DNA of 64,000 nucleotides from Macrostomum lignano (Eukaryota). The notes beneath the pieces were generated by a model. It saw only the letters and a list, made by a program, of their open reading frames with translations. It was not told the DNA's origin and made no database searches. The position numbers and the translations under genes were made by a program. Location: contig NIVC01003020.1 in NCBI GenBank assembly GCA_002269645.1, positions 1-64,000 on the forward strand, given 5' to 3'. This document shows positions 12,059-23,871 of the stretch, piece by piece; position 1 is the stretch's first letter; each line of letters opens with the position of its first letter.

Positions 12059-12787
12059 CCAGTTCTTCACACAGCTAGGAAGTGTAAAAATGGATTACTA
12101 TCTAACCAATGTAGAAGTCTCATCACGTGACTGCTTTCCCACCTGTATTCCACCCCTATTTATTCCTGCATTAGCGTGAAGTTGGAGTGGACTAATGAGC
12201 ACAGAAGTGAGGAAAGCAGTTTGCCAGGAAAGCGGTCTCCGATAGAAAAAGTCCGGTGGGTAGAAATTCGTGCCGCTGCTGAAGCGGCAAAGCAAGTCCC
12301 ATTAGGGCGGAATTTTTTATTGCTGCTCAGCGCTGAGAACACGCTCTGCTGATGCGGATCAGCATACCTACTAATGACTTCTTGCTTTTTCTAAGAATTT
12401 CCAAGACTTGGCTCTGCTGGGCCAGATGCGGTTCTGTCATCATTTATTGGAGATCCCCAACTCTCCAGAGAGCCGCCCAGCAGTTTTGTTTGCCCAGCAA
12501 CCAATTGCAGGAAATGGCCGAGCAAAATTATTTATTTAAAATAAAGAAAAGCCGACCGATAAACTCAGACAGAGGCAGATATTTCGCTCCAACGGAGAGC
12601 CCGCCTGATCGGGCAGGGCGAACAGCCTCAGGATTTACTGGCTGCCCGGCTCGCATGGCACACCGGAAATTTACAGGAAATGCGGCAAAATGGAGTGTCC
12701 AGCTTGAAAATGGAGCTCGAGCAGGCAAATTTGCCAATCAGCAGGGGGCTGCTGGAATTGCACAGCTGGACAGGAAAACTTGCATTG

Positions 12788-13255
12788 AGACACGGATGAG
12801 AGTCAGGGTGAGACTGGATAAGAGTCAGGGGTGAGACTGGATAAGAGTCAGAGGTGAGACACGGATGAGAGTCAGGGGTGAGACACGGATGAGAGTCAGG
12901 GGTGAGACACGGATGAGAGTCAGGGGTGAGACACGGATGAGAGTCAGGGTTGAGACACGAATGAGAGTCAGGGTTGAGACACGAATGAGAGTCAGGGGTG
13001 AGACACGGATGAGAGTCAGGGTTGAGACACGGATGAGAGTCAGGATGGAGGCACGAATGAGAGTCAGGGGTGAGACACGAATGAGAGTCAGGATGGAGGC
13101 ACGAGAGTCAGGATGGAGGCACGGTTGAGAGTCAGGGGTGAGACACGGATGAGAGTCAGGATGGAGGCACGAATGAGAGTCAGGGGTGAGACACGGATGA
13201 GAGTCAGGATGGAGACACGAATGAGAGTCAGGGTGAGACTAGATGAGACACGGAA
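12788..13255. repeat. 24-bp minisatellite
   Basis: Unit GAGAGTCAGGGGTGAGACACGGAT and variants. Confidence 0.92.
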
Positions 13256-13562
13256 GAGAGTCAAAGTGAGAGGTGTAGAGTCAGTAAATATGCCATTCGC
13301 AAAAAAATCGGGGATCAGCTGTTATTACAGTCAGAAATCGTCAGCTCAAAGATAACAATGAAAAATACAGATGCTGACAGTCACAGTTGACCGAATCGAG
13401 CCGATAAACACTGACAAAAATATAGTAAAAATCTGAGGCCAATAAAAATAGTTCGTTATAATCTGAAGCTCGCAACTCTACTGACAGTAGCAACATCAGC
13501 TGTTCAAGCAAGCAGTCATAAGTCCGGACAAAACTAGCAGCAATTGCAAAAGCAGCACACTG

Positions 13563-14887
13563 TCAGGAGCCGGATGCGGCAACACTGGTCGAGCCGGATT
13601 CCCTAACAGGCTGCGCTGAGCCTCCCTGCTGCTGCTGGGCGCGGAGCCGCCGGTACGACTTGGACTGGCGGTCGAACAGCAGCGGCATGCGACCCAGCTG
13701 CCCGTCGTGTCGGTTCTTCGCCACCTGCGGTTGGAGTCGCGTGGGTTGCAGCGATTCTCAGGTGAGATTGAGGGTGATTCTCAGGTGGAATTGGGGCAAT
13801 TCTCAGGTGGGATCGGAGACGATTCTCAGGTGGGATTGGGGCAATTCTCAGGTGGGATCGGAGACGATTCTCAGGTGGGATCGGAGACGATTCTCAGGTG
13901 GGATCGGAGACGATTCTCAGGTGGGATCGGAGACGATTCTCAGGTGGGATCGGAGACGATTCTCAGGTGGGATCGGAGACGATTCTCAGGTGGGATCGGA
14001 GACGATTCTCAGGTGGGATCGGAGACTATTTCCGGACAGCTCATGGGGCCAGTGCTGATGAGGCAAGCGAGGTAGGCGGTGAAGCTGACCTGCAGGTAGC
14101 GCTGCGGGTGCGGCCGGTCGTCCAGTCCGGACTCGTCCTGCAGCAGCAGCACGTTGTCCGCCTCCTGCGTCACCTTGCCGCCGCCGTAGACGGAGCCGAC
14201 GTCCAGCAGCTTCTTCGGGTCCTCCTTGCGCGGGTGCGCCACCAGCGACACGTGCAGGCCGGTGCGGTTGACCAGCTGGCGCAGCTGGCCCACGAACCGG
14301 TCCTGGCGGAGGAACCGGTCTGCCATAGAGGCGTCGGCCTCGCCGCCCAGCAGGAACTGCAGGTTGTCGATGACGGCGTGCCGGACCCCCAGTGGGCCGG
14401 CCGTGGCGGCCTCCAGGTCGCGCAGCACGGCGGCGGTGGACTGCGGCCCGTGATAGTCGAGAAAGTGCATCGGCAGCGAGCCGAAGGCGTCCATCACGGC
14501 GTTGACGGTGTCGACGGGCTCGCGGTGCAGCGGCCTGCCGGCGAACTGGTGCAGCATGAGGGAGCAGAGGCGGTGCAGCGGCACCTCGAAGCTGCCCCAA
14601 AGGGTGGGCACGCCCTGCTCGCACAGGTCCAGCGAGTACTCGGACAGCAGGGTGGTCTTCCCGGTGCCAGTGCGGCCGCACAGCACCGTCAGCTCGTGAC
14701 TGCGGAAGCCCTTCAGCAGGGCGTTGAGCTCGGTAAAGCGTGCCCAGCGCTGGCCCTGCTCCTCCGTGTGCCGCAGGATTGTCTGCAGGGTGCGGGAGCG
14801 CAGCTGGCCGGACAGGCTGATGATGCGGCTGGGCAGCTGGCCGCCCGCCACTGCTGCTGCTGCCGCTGACTTGGCAGCCGCGGCCGA
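13563..14887 (-). CDS. TWNK: Twinkle-type SF4 mitochondrial DNA helicase, linker plus helicase domain only; exons 14887-14090 and 13724-13563; about 320 aa
   Basis: RWARFTELNALLKGFRSHELTVLCGRTGTGKTT (Walker A), TLWGSFEV, HAVIDNLQF (Walker B), SLVAHPRKED, YGGGKVTQEADNVL, then across a phase-0 intron VAKNRHDGQLG: typical Twinkle motifs. No in-frame ATG ahead of the domain; acceptor CCGCAG|TCG at 14888-14890. Confidence 0.88.
13752..14026. repeat. 23-bp intronic minisatellite in the Twinkle intron
   Basis: Unit GATTCTCAGGTGGGATCGGAGAC, about 12 copies. Confidence 0.93.
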
Positions 14888-14923
14888 CTGCGGGCGAATG
14901 CGGATGGCGATTCGGATTAGCAC

Positions 14924-15060
14924 CGATATGTATTGAAAAATAGTTTTTCTATGGGTATCTAGACATATATATCGAACCAGAGCCGATATGTATCGAAAAA
15001 TAGTTTTTTCTGTGGGTATCTAGAAATACATATCGAACCAGAGCCGATATGTATCGAAAA
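14924..15060. repeat. ~61-bp tandem duplication in the intergenic spacer
   Basis: CCGATATGTAT[T/C]GAAAAATAGTTTTT...GGGTATCTAGA...TCGAACCAGAG, about 2.3 copies. Confidence 0.8.
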
Positions 15061-15438
15061 CTGCTATTTGAAAACCTAGAAATTTCTCTAGGAAATAAAC
15101 GACTCAGCATAACAGGCACATTTGTAAGTTCGTTGATAAATGAAGAAATAAAAAGCTCAGTATATTTCAATTGGGAGCTGCAGCAGTTCTCAGTAAAATT
15201 TATATTGGAATGTGCAAAACTGTCTAGCATAAGTCTAGCATGAAATCCGCGTGACCTGACCTGACCTGAAGCCACTTTGGAACCGCAAAAATGCCCCGAC
15301 ACCAAACAATAAAAGTGCACAGCGCATGCAGCGTGTGAAATTGCAGAGTAATAAAACGTTAAAAAGAGTATGGAAGCATTAAGTCTGCGCCAACAGTTCG
15401 ATGAGCTTGACAAATCCGATACTACTCGTAGAGCTCAG

Positions 15439-16461
15439 TCAGTAGTATGAAGGGGGCATCCGCCTGGCCGACAGGCACCAGTTGCCCTGCTCGTGCCACT
15501 CGCGCAGGCAGTCCAGGCCGAGGCCGCGGGCGCAGTCGGCCAGCTCACCCTGCCTGAACACATGGTAGTAGCGCAGCCTGCGGCCCTCGCTGGCCGGCGC
15601 GCCCGCCGCTCCGCAGGCGCCGTCGCACAAGCAGTCGCCGGCCGTGTGGCGGCGCGGGCACGACGAGGCGGGGAACTCCCGGATGCGGAACTCGCAGTCG
15701 CTCGAGTCGCTCTCGCAGTCGCTGCTGTCGGCTTGACAGTCGCCGGAGCCGCCGCCGTTGCGGCTGCCGCCAAAGAAGCCGGCCAGCAGCGGCAGGGAGC
15801 TCAGGCGGCGCTGCCACGCCGGCCGCGGCGGAGGCTTCGGCGGCGGCGGCAAAGCCGGAGTCTGCGGAGGCTCCGGCGCGCCCCACGGCACGAGGAGGTC
15901 CTGGCAGTTGAAGCTCCTCGCCGGGCGGCCCGGCTGCTCGAAGGCCCAGGCGGTGACGAGGAGGCGGCCACCGGGCCTAAGGAGGCGGGCAGCCTCGGCC
16001 AGGAGGCGGCGGCGTCGGTCTCGGGAGGCGAGGTGGTGCACCACCGACACGCAGGTGACGGCGTCGAAAGCGGCGGAGCGCAGGGGGCAGCGGAGGACGT
16101 CGGCCTGGACAAGCAGAGGCTGACGTCGCTGGCGGCCCCGTGACCGGCGCCGGTGCCAGTCGTCGTTGGCGGCCAGCAGCAGGTCTAGGCAGATGTCGGC
16201 GCCGACCGCCAGGTGGCCGCGCGCCGCAGCCAGGCGGGACAGCGCGGCGGCGGAGTGGCCGCAGCCGAGGTCGGCCAGCAGGCAGCCGGGCGGCAGGTCC
16301 CGCAGCAGGTCGCGCACGCAGGCTGGGGGGCCGCGCCGGTTGGCGCAGCCGCCGGAGCCGCCTTCATCCGCGCAGGCGAGGGCGGGCGCCATGCAGCTGT
16401 ACACCCGGTGGACGAACCGCTCCTCCAGGGCCGCTTCCGCCTCGGCGGCGGGCCGCTGCTG
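15439..16461 (-). CDS. TRMT9B: Trm9/TRMT9B-like class I SAM-dependent tRNA methyltransferase (single exon)
   Basis: LEERFVHRVY, LADLGCG, VGADIC, QADVLRCPLRSAAFDAVTCVSVVHHLAS, RLLRPGGRLLVTAWAFEQ, QDLLVPW and RYYHVFRQGEL...EQGNWC match the Trm9/ALKBH8-MTase/TRMT9B family. The ORF-track start is TTG; a phase-0 acceptor TTCATTTGCTGCAG| lies at 16462-16464. Confidence 0.8.
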   Translation of the reverse strand, partial: QQRPAAEAEAALEERFVHRVYSCMAPALACADEGGSGGCANRRGPPACVRDLLRDLPPGCLLADLGCGHSAAALSRLAAARGHLAVGADICLDLLLAANDDWHRRRSRGRQRRQPLLVQADVLRCPLRSAAFDAVTCVSVVHHLASRDRRRRLLAEAARLLRPGGRLLVTAWAFEQPGRPARSFNCQDLLVPWGAPEPPQTPALPPPPKPPPRPAWQRRLSSLPLLAGFFGGSRNGGGSGDCQADSSDCESDSSDCEFRIREFPASSCPRRHTAGDCLCDGACGAAGAPASEGRRLRYYHVFRQGELADCARGLGLDCLREWHEQGNWCLSARRMPPSYY

Positions 16462-16469
16462 CTGCAGCA

Positions 16470-17270
16470 AATGAATTAAAGCGGCAGTCTTGAATTATCA
16501 GCAATATTAAAGTAAAAAATGCAGCAACATTGTTGAAAAAAAACAAAATCAAATTTTAATCTAGAAATAAGTTGGAAGGCGTATTGGAATACCAAAGGAG
16601 TACCCTAAACCAAATACCCAAACCAAAGGTAGGATGAAATCGATATAGATTGCAGAGGAAATAGACGAGCTTCACTGATGCAGCGCTACTTTCATAAGCT
16701 ATTAAACAAAAGCCAGTCTCTGAGCATGCGTGAGAAATAACGCAAACAGTCGGCAATGCGTAAGAAACATCCAGCGGTTTGGCTGTCAACAAAGCAGCCA
16801 CAAAGAGAAAAAATGCAACAGGGGTTAGCCAAATTCTGAGAACTACAAAAGCACGGTCACCAGGGCAATTTCATCTCGCAGATTTTCGAGTAACTGCCCG
16901 CGCGGAAAACTCTAGAAACTCGAGCCGGGCAGACCCAGCCGCCCACCCTAGCAATTAGGCTCTCATTGACAGCGGCAAACAAGCGAACTTGAGGTGGCCG
17001 CCGGTGAATGGAGGGCCGCAAGGGTGGGCACTGCAGCTAAACGAACTGAGCCCAAGGCCTGCAGGCAAGCTGGCCTGGCCCAGCCAATAGCGAGCTGCCG
17101 GAGCAGCTAAACTCCTGCGGGCGAAGCTAAACCAGCAGCTAAGCCACCGAGAAGCCGAAGGCCATAAAGACAGGCCGGACAGGCGGCCACAAGACAAGCG
17201 CAGCCGCAGCAACTCAAAACGCACACGAACTCCGTTAGCTAAGCTCAACAGCTTCATCATCCAGCAGCAG
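16470..17270. promoter_or_regulatory. Probable bidirectional promoter region between the divergent TRMT9B-like and LC8 genes
   Basis: Head-to-head genes about 800 bp apart; CCAAT-like motifs near 17084 (GCCAATAG). Positional inference only. Confidence 0.35.
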
Positions 17271-17272
17271 TT

Positions 17273-17542
17273 ATGTCTGAGCGCAAGGCCGTAATCAAGA
17301 ACGCTGACATGTCCGAGGACATGCAGCAGGACGCCGTGGACTGCGCCACCCAGGCCATGGAGAAGTTCAACGTGGAGAAGGACATCGCCGCCTACATCAA
17401 GAAGGAGTTCGACAAGAAGTACAACCCGACCTGGCACTGCATCGTTGGCCGCAACTTCGGTAGCTACGTGACCCACGAGACCAAGCACTTCATCTACTTC
17501 TACCTGGGCCAGGTGGCCATCCTGCTGTTCAAGTCCGGCTGA
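17273..17542 (+). CDS. DYNLL1: Dynein light chain LC8 (89 aa)
   Basis: [89 protein letters not shown] is near-canonical LC8. DYNLL1 and DYNLL2 cannot be distinguished here. Confidence 0.97.
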   Translation: MSERKAVIKNADMSEDMQQDAVDCATQAMEKFNVEKDIAAYIKKEFDKKYNPTWHCIVGRNFGSYVTHETKHFIYFYLGQVAILLFKSG

Positions 17543-18106
17543 GCAATCTCCTAGCTGATTATGAACTCACTGCCACAATAATTGATCATTGAGCATGAGC
17601 AGCTCCTACTGTGCCTTTTCTGTATTGCGATAAATTTACTCAATAAATTATACACGACCAGTTTCGATTATCTTGTGGCTTTTAAAAATTTGTTTGCGTT
17701 CTGGTTTTGACTGACAGTGGCTGAGCAAATGGGGAACTAAAGAGCAGAACTGCCGGAACAAACCCAAGTTATTATCAGTAAAGGAGATCACTGGCCAATA
17801 ATTAGACACGACTAATACTCATCTATCTGACCGCAGATCACCGAAATTTAGAAATAAGCTTCAAAAAACAGTTAAGAGAGTTAATAAACAGGACCAGACC
17901 TAACTCTGATGGCAGAGATAGATAAGCTTGACTGGGACTCACGCCATGGCAGATGGGAGGCACACGGAGTCACTGAAGCAAGTCGTGCTAATCACAGTGG
18001 GGCGGCAACTGCGGGCTAATCATGGGTTGGCAGCGAAGTTTTTCCGGCCCGTATTTAACATCCAAGGCTCTCTTGGCCTGAGACAAATCCGATGCTGTAA
18101 GCAGAG

Positions 18107-19678
18107 ATGAGCGGCGGGCTGTTTCCTAAGCTGACCTCCAAGGTGAGGCGCGAGTCAATCAACAGGGAAATTGTGGAGCTCAAGAAGTGCCTGCCGCTGC
18201 CGAGGTCGATCACCAAGAAGCTGTCCTATCTGCACATTCTATCTCTGACCAACACCTACTTGAAGAAGCTCATGCACATGCCGCCAACTCTGCCGCTCGG
18301 GCTGTACGACCAGACTGCCCCTAGCAACGCGGAGGCGTGCGCCGCGTTGGACTTCTTTTTCGTGCTGATGAACCAGCAGTTGGAGATTCTGTACATATCG
18401 GACAACTGCAACCAGTTCCTGCCAAAAACAAACACGGAGCTGATGGCGCAGTGCCGCAGCCTGGACCAGCTGCTGGACCTGCCCACCAATCCGGAGCAGC
18501 TGCTGGACGGACAGGTCGCGGGCAACCGCGAGCTGGCATTTCTGGTCAGCCAGACGGCCAGGCAGAAAAAGCAGCCGCAGCAGCAGCAGACTGGAGAGAA
18601 TGACGAAAATGGAGGAGGCGACATGCCGGCCCGTGAGTTCAGCTTTTGCAGAGTTCAGCTTTTGCATGGAAACTTTGACGAAATTGCAAGGCGAGCCCCT
18701 AAACTCGGGGTCTTGCAGTTGTATTTTCCCTAAGTTTCAAGCTTGGAGTTTCTTGTAGTTTCCCAAGTGTCAAGCTTGGAGTTACCTGTAGTTTCCCAGG
18801 TGTCAAGCTTGGAGTTACCTGTAGTTTCCCAAGTGTCAAGCTTGGAGTTACCTGTAGTTTCCCAGGTGTCAAGCTTGGAGTTACCTGTAGTTTCCCAAGT
18901 GTCAAGCTTGGAGTTACCTGCAGTTTCCAAGTGTCAAGCGCATATATAGATGTGGCACAGGTGAATTTCAGTAACCGAATGCTTTGCAGCCACCGCTCAG
19001 AACGTGACCTTGAGCATCCGAGAGGTCACGTCGCCGCACCTGGCCTACTACTACGAGCATCCATCAATTCAGCACCAGCACAGGCTGTTGCTGGCCGAGT
19101 GCCGCCTGCTGCAGGAGGAATCAGCCGGACCCGCTCCAGCCGGCACGCTGGACCTGCTGACGCTGCACGAGCTGGACATGCGGCTGCGCTCCGCCTCTCA
19201 GCTGTTCCTGGACCACTTCCCCGGCCTGGCAGCCGGGCACAGCTGGTACCGCTTGCTGCATCCCGGTGACCTCAGCCTGGCCAGCCGGATGCACGCAGAG
19301 GCTCTGGCCAGCCCCGACCGCCAGGCCCGCGCTGCCCTGCGGCTGCTCAGGCCGGACGGCCAGCTGGGGCCCGCCTGCCTGGCCATCCTGCGCGCCGTGC
19401 TGGACTCGACAACGGGCGCCGTGACCGGGTTGCGCTGCAGCTACCGGCTGGCGGAGCTCGCGCAGCTGCCGGCTCTGCGCCTGTTCACCCACCTGAATAG
19501 GTGCCTCATTGCCGAGGAGGCCATCGCCACAGCTGAGGAGCCCGGCTTCGGCTGCGAAATCGCGGCCGATTGGAATCCCGCCTACGCGACAGAGGACGCC
19601 TGGTACGACTACTGCGTCTGCGACTGCTGCCAGGGCGCTTACTCCGATATGTATGCTCACTACCACTGCGACTGCTGA
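18107..19678 (+). CDS. bHLH-PAS transcription factor, NPAS4/dysfusion-like; exons 18107-18632 and 18990-19678; about 404 aa
   Basis: bHLH SKVRRESINREIVELKKCLPLPRSITKKLSYLHILSLTNTYLKK resembles the NPAS4/Dys bHLH. PAS-A: LDFFFVLMNQQLEILYISDN. PAS-B: SWYRLLHPGDL. Donor C|GTGAGT (phase 1) matches acceptor TTTGCAG|CC (phase 1). Confidence 0.8.
18733..18935. repeat. 33-bp intronic minisatellite
   Basis: GTGTCAAGCTTGGAGTTACCTGTAGTTTCCCA[A/G], 6 copies. Confidence 0.92.
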
Positions 19679-20008
19679 CATTGCGGCTGATGACTGCTGA
19701 CATTGCGACTGATGACACTGCTGACAATGCGGCTGATGACACTGCTGACATTGCGGCTGATGACACTGCTGATATTGCGACTGATGACACTGCTGATATT
19801 GCGACTGATGACACTGCTGACATTGCGACTGATGACACTGATGACATAGCGACTGATGACACTGATGACACTGCTGACAATGCGGCTGATGACACTGCTG
19901 ACATTGCGACTGATGACACTGATGACATAGCGACTGATGACACTGATGACACTGCTGACAATGCGGCTGATGACACTGCTGACATTGCGGCTGATGACAC
20001 TGCTGACG
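19672..20008. repeat. 24-bp minisatellite beginning at the bHLH-PAS stop codon
   Basis: ACTGCTGACATTGCG[G/A]CTGATGAC and variants. Confidence 0.9.
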
Positions 20009-20670
20009 GCTAAGATACTACCACAGTGATTACCAATATAAACCCATTGAAAATAACACAGAGAACAGTGAATGTTCGGACAGACGGTATTATAGCCACT
20101 GAATCTAAATAAGACAACTGCGTTAAAACTAAAATAGAAGGAAAATAAATCAAGTCAGACGCGCAAGCCACAGGCGGCATTGATCAGATTCAACAAGTCG
20201 CGGCCGCAGCCCGTGTGTATTTCTGTTGTCAAAGCAAACCTTGCGATGCTTTATGATTTTTTATAGCCTGCATGTCTCAGCTGGAATAGGCGAACGCAAT
20301 TCAAGCAGTCTGCCTAGTGGGAGATGGGGAACATTCAGTCAGTCCTAAGTCTTAGCTGGCATATTTTAATAAACTAAATAAGTGGGAGCAAAGACAGCTG
20401 GATAAACACTGCGCTAACAATTTGCTGCTATTAGAAACTTGCGGAATCAGTTAACAATGAGTTGTTCGGGCAGAAGGGCCGCCCCAGCCTAGTATTGAAG
20501 CTTCCAGTCAGTTCGGTGCGTAAAAAACGGCGGGTAGAAAGTAAAAAAGAAGAAAACAAGCAAAGCAGACATTGCAGCTTCCAAGCCTCAGCCAATCAGC
20601 AATTGTCACTCTATCGGTCTCTTAGCATCGGGCCCTGCACCCGGATCCAGGATCAGCGGCTCAGCTTCCT

Positions 20671-23600
20671 TCAATCGTCATCGTCTCCGCCGGGTCCGCG
20701 CGGCTTCGGGCCGCCGGCCGGCCTGGACATGATGATCTCGTCCACGCTGAGCACAGTGCAGGCGGAGCGGCAGGCCAGGCGGAGGGCCCACTGCTTCACC
20801 AGCAGCAGGTCGGACAGGCCCCGCTCGGACACATTGGCCACGGCCGACTCGCCGCTGTCCGGGTCGCAGAAGATGCCGATGTGCTTGCGGCCGGCCGCCA
20901 GCTCGGCGTGGATTTTGCTCAGCGTCTCGGCCCCGTTCAGGCAGCAGTTGGTGGCCAGGGTCTTCACTACGGCGTCCAGAGCGTTGGCGAAGCGGGAGAT
21001 GGCGTACTGCTCCAGGCCCGGCTCCGCCTCGGCGGCCGCCGCCAGCTTCACGGCCAGGGCGGCCTCGGTGGCGCCGCCGCCAGACACGAAGCGGGGGTTG
21101 CGGGTCAGCGCCTTGTAGGCGTTGACGCCGTCGTCAACGGCCCGCTCGAGATCGTCTAGGAGGTTCTCGGTGCTAGCGCGGAGCAGCACGGTGGAGATCT
21201 TGCAGTTGTCCTCCTGGAAGCGGCGCAGAGGCGGGGCTTATCCAGTATACAGATGGAACAGGGGTGGGGCTTATCCAGTATACAGATGGAACAGGGGTGG
21301 GGCTTATCCAGTATACAGATGGCTTATCGAGTATACAGATGGCTTATCGAGTATACAGATGGCTTATCGAGTATACAGATGGCTTATCGAGTATACAGAT
21401 GGCTTATCGAGTATACAGATGGCTTATCGAGTATACAGATGGAGCAGGGGTGGGGCTTATCGAGTATACAGATGGCTTATCGAGTATACAGATGGCTTAT
21501 CGAGTATACAGATGGCTTATCGAGTATACAGATGGCTTATCGAGTATACAGATGGAGCAGGGGTGGGGCTTATCGAGTATACAGATGGCTTATCGAGTAT
21601 ACAGATGGCTTATCGAGTATACAGATGGCTTATCGAGTATACAGATGGCTTATCGAGTATACAGATGGCTTATCGAGTATACAGATGGCTTATCGAGTAT
21701 ACAGATGGAGCAGGGGTGGGGCTTATCGAGTATACAGATGGCTTATCGAGTATACAGATGGCTTATCGAGTATACAGATGGTTGGCGAGAGAGCCGAAGA
21801 CGCGTTAACAGCCGAGCTGCTCTGCCCCTCCAAATATCGGTCAGTCATCGGTGGCTTCAAACGCAAAGCACATGCAGTCTCACCTCGAACACCACTACGT
21901 TGGTGTCGCCGACCTCCTGGGTGACCACGCGGGAGCAGGAGCCCATCTCTTCCGCGGTCGGCGTGGTGAGGCGCGGCAGGGCGATGGCGCCAGTGGCGGT
22001 GGCCAGGCGGCGCAGGTCGAACTTGGAGGACACCCGCAGAGCCAGGATGTTGTAGTGGTTCAGGTAGTGCAGGGCCAGCTCGCCCACCTTGCCGCCGCTC
22101 ACCACAACCCGGGCCCCGGCTTCGGCCAGGCTGCGCACCTGGGCCTCCATGATTCGCTCCTCCTCAGCCGAGAAGTTGGCCAGCTCGGCGGCCGTCTCCA
22201 TCAGCACGGTGCCCTTGGTCTCCGTCTGCAGGAAGTCCACCGGGCAGGCGAACACGGCCACCTTGACGCGGCCGCTCTCCGGGATCACCTGGGTGACGTC
22301 GCCCTCGGCGGCCCGGCGGAACACCATGCCGCCGATGAGGCGGGAGCCGTCAACGGAGCCGCCCAGCACCTTGCAGACGCGTACGCGGTCCACATCGAAG
22401 TGGCCGCCCTGGGGCAGCACGCTGATGCAGGCCTCGCTGATCAGGCGGGCCAGGCGTTCGTGCAGGCCGAACTGCTTGGACATCACGGCGCAGCGGATCA
22501 GCGGCTCCACCTGAGCGATGTCGCGAACGTCGCTCACCTGGGGAGGGGGAGTGGGGGGAGGCGCGATACTCGCGGGCTAATCATGCCTTAGTGTGACCGT
22601 ATGACCACCGAGTGACCGTATGACCATCGAGTGACCGTATGACCACTGAGTGACCGAATGACCCGTGATCGTATGAACACCGAGTGACCAGATGGCCAAA
22701 AAGTGATCCTATGAGCATCGAGCGATTGCATGACCTTTGTGTGATCCTATGAGCATCGAGTGATTGCATGACCTTTGTGTGATCCTATGAGCATCGAGTG
22801 ATTGCATGACCTTTGTGTGATCCTATGAGCATCGAGTGATTGCATGACTTTTGTGTGATCCTATGAGCATCGAGTGATTGCATGACCTTTGTGTGATCCT
22901 ATGAGCATCGAGTGATTGCATGACCTTTGTGTGATCCTATGAGCATCGAGTGATTGCATGACCTTTGTGTGATCCTATGAGCATTGAGTGATTGCATGAC
23001 CTTTGTGTGATCCTATGAGCATCGAGTGATTGCATGACCTTTGTGTGATCCTATGAGCATCGAGTGATTGCATGACCTTTGTGTGATCCTATGAGCATCG
23101 AGTGATTGCATGACCTTTGTGTGATCCTATGAGCATCGAGTGATTGCATGACCTTTGTGTGATCCTATGAGTATCAACTGATCGTAAAAGCATCGAGTGA
23201 CTAAATAGCTACGTGGTCATCAAATCGCTACAAAAAGTTGCTATGGCCATCAAACTGACTACATGATGCAATGCAATTCCCCCACACACTGGCCAAATGC
23301 TCACCTGACCAACAACCTGGTCTTCCAGCATCTTCTGCGCCATCTCCAGCGCTTTCTCATAGCCGGACACAACCTCGGTGGGGCTGAGGCCCATGCGCAA
23401 CACGCTCTCGGCCTCCTTAAGCAGGAAGCCGGCCAGCATGAGGCAGAGGTTGGTGCCGTCGCCGGCCTCCTGCTCCTGCTGCTTGCTGGACAGCACCAAC
23501 ATCTTGGCGGCCGGATGGGCCACCTCCAGCTCCTGCAGCACGGTGGCGGCGTCCTTGGTGATGAAGTGCTTGCCGATGTGATTGATGACAATCTTGTTCA

Positions 23601-23754
23601 TGCCGACTGGCCCGTAGCAGGTGCTGGTCATGCCGCTCATCTGGCAGCAGGCCTCGATGTTGCGGAACACGGCCTCGTCCATGCCGGCGTAGTGCCGGGC
23701 GCCCTCCTTCATCATGGAGTAGAAGCCGGGGGCTCGGGGAACGTGCAGGGCCAT
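20671..23754 (-). CDS. CCT8: T-complex protein 1 subunit theta; exons 23754-23305, 22537-21884, 21213-20671; 548 aa
   Basis: MALHVPRAPGFYSMMKEGARHYAGMDEAVFRNIEAC, YGPVGMNKIVINH, EAGDGTNL, RVSSKFDLRRL, LDDLERAVDDGVN, FVSGGGATEA, LSVDEIIMSRPAGGPKP. All splice sites are GT-AG and phase 0; spliced length is 548 aa, as recalled for CCT8. Confidence 0.97.
21230..21781. repeat. 20-bp intronic minisatellite (CCT8 intron 2) with periodic GAGCAGGGGTGGG-containing variant units
   Basis: Unit GATGGCTTATCGAGTATACA. Confidence 0.93.
22590..23175. repeat. 38-bp intronic minisatellite (CCT8 intron 1), preceded by related shorter GAGTGACCGTATGACC units
   Basis: Unit GTGATCCTATGAGCATCGAGTGATTGCATGACCTTTGT, about 11 copies. 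Confidence 0.93.
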
Positions 23755-23871
23755 TGTGGGCGGTTGCTAGAGCAGCGGGGGATAAAACAGTGCCGAGGGT
23801 TGAGATGCTGCCTGCGATCAGAGAAGTCCCTAAACTGCTTCGACTGTCCAGATAAACTGATTTTCGACTGT

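Noticed and set aside
20614-20624. CGGTCTCTTA resembling part of a flatworm spliced-leader exon
   Set aside because: Only about 10 nt; there is no adjoining donor or Sm site, so no SL RNA gene can be supported.
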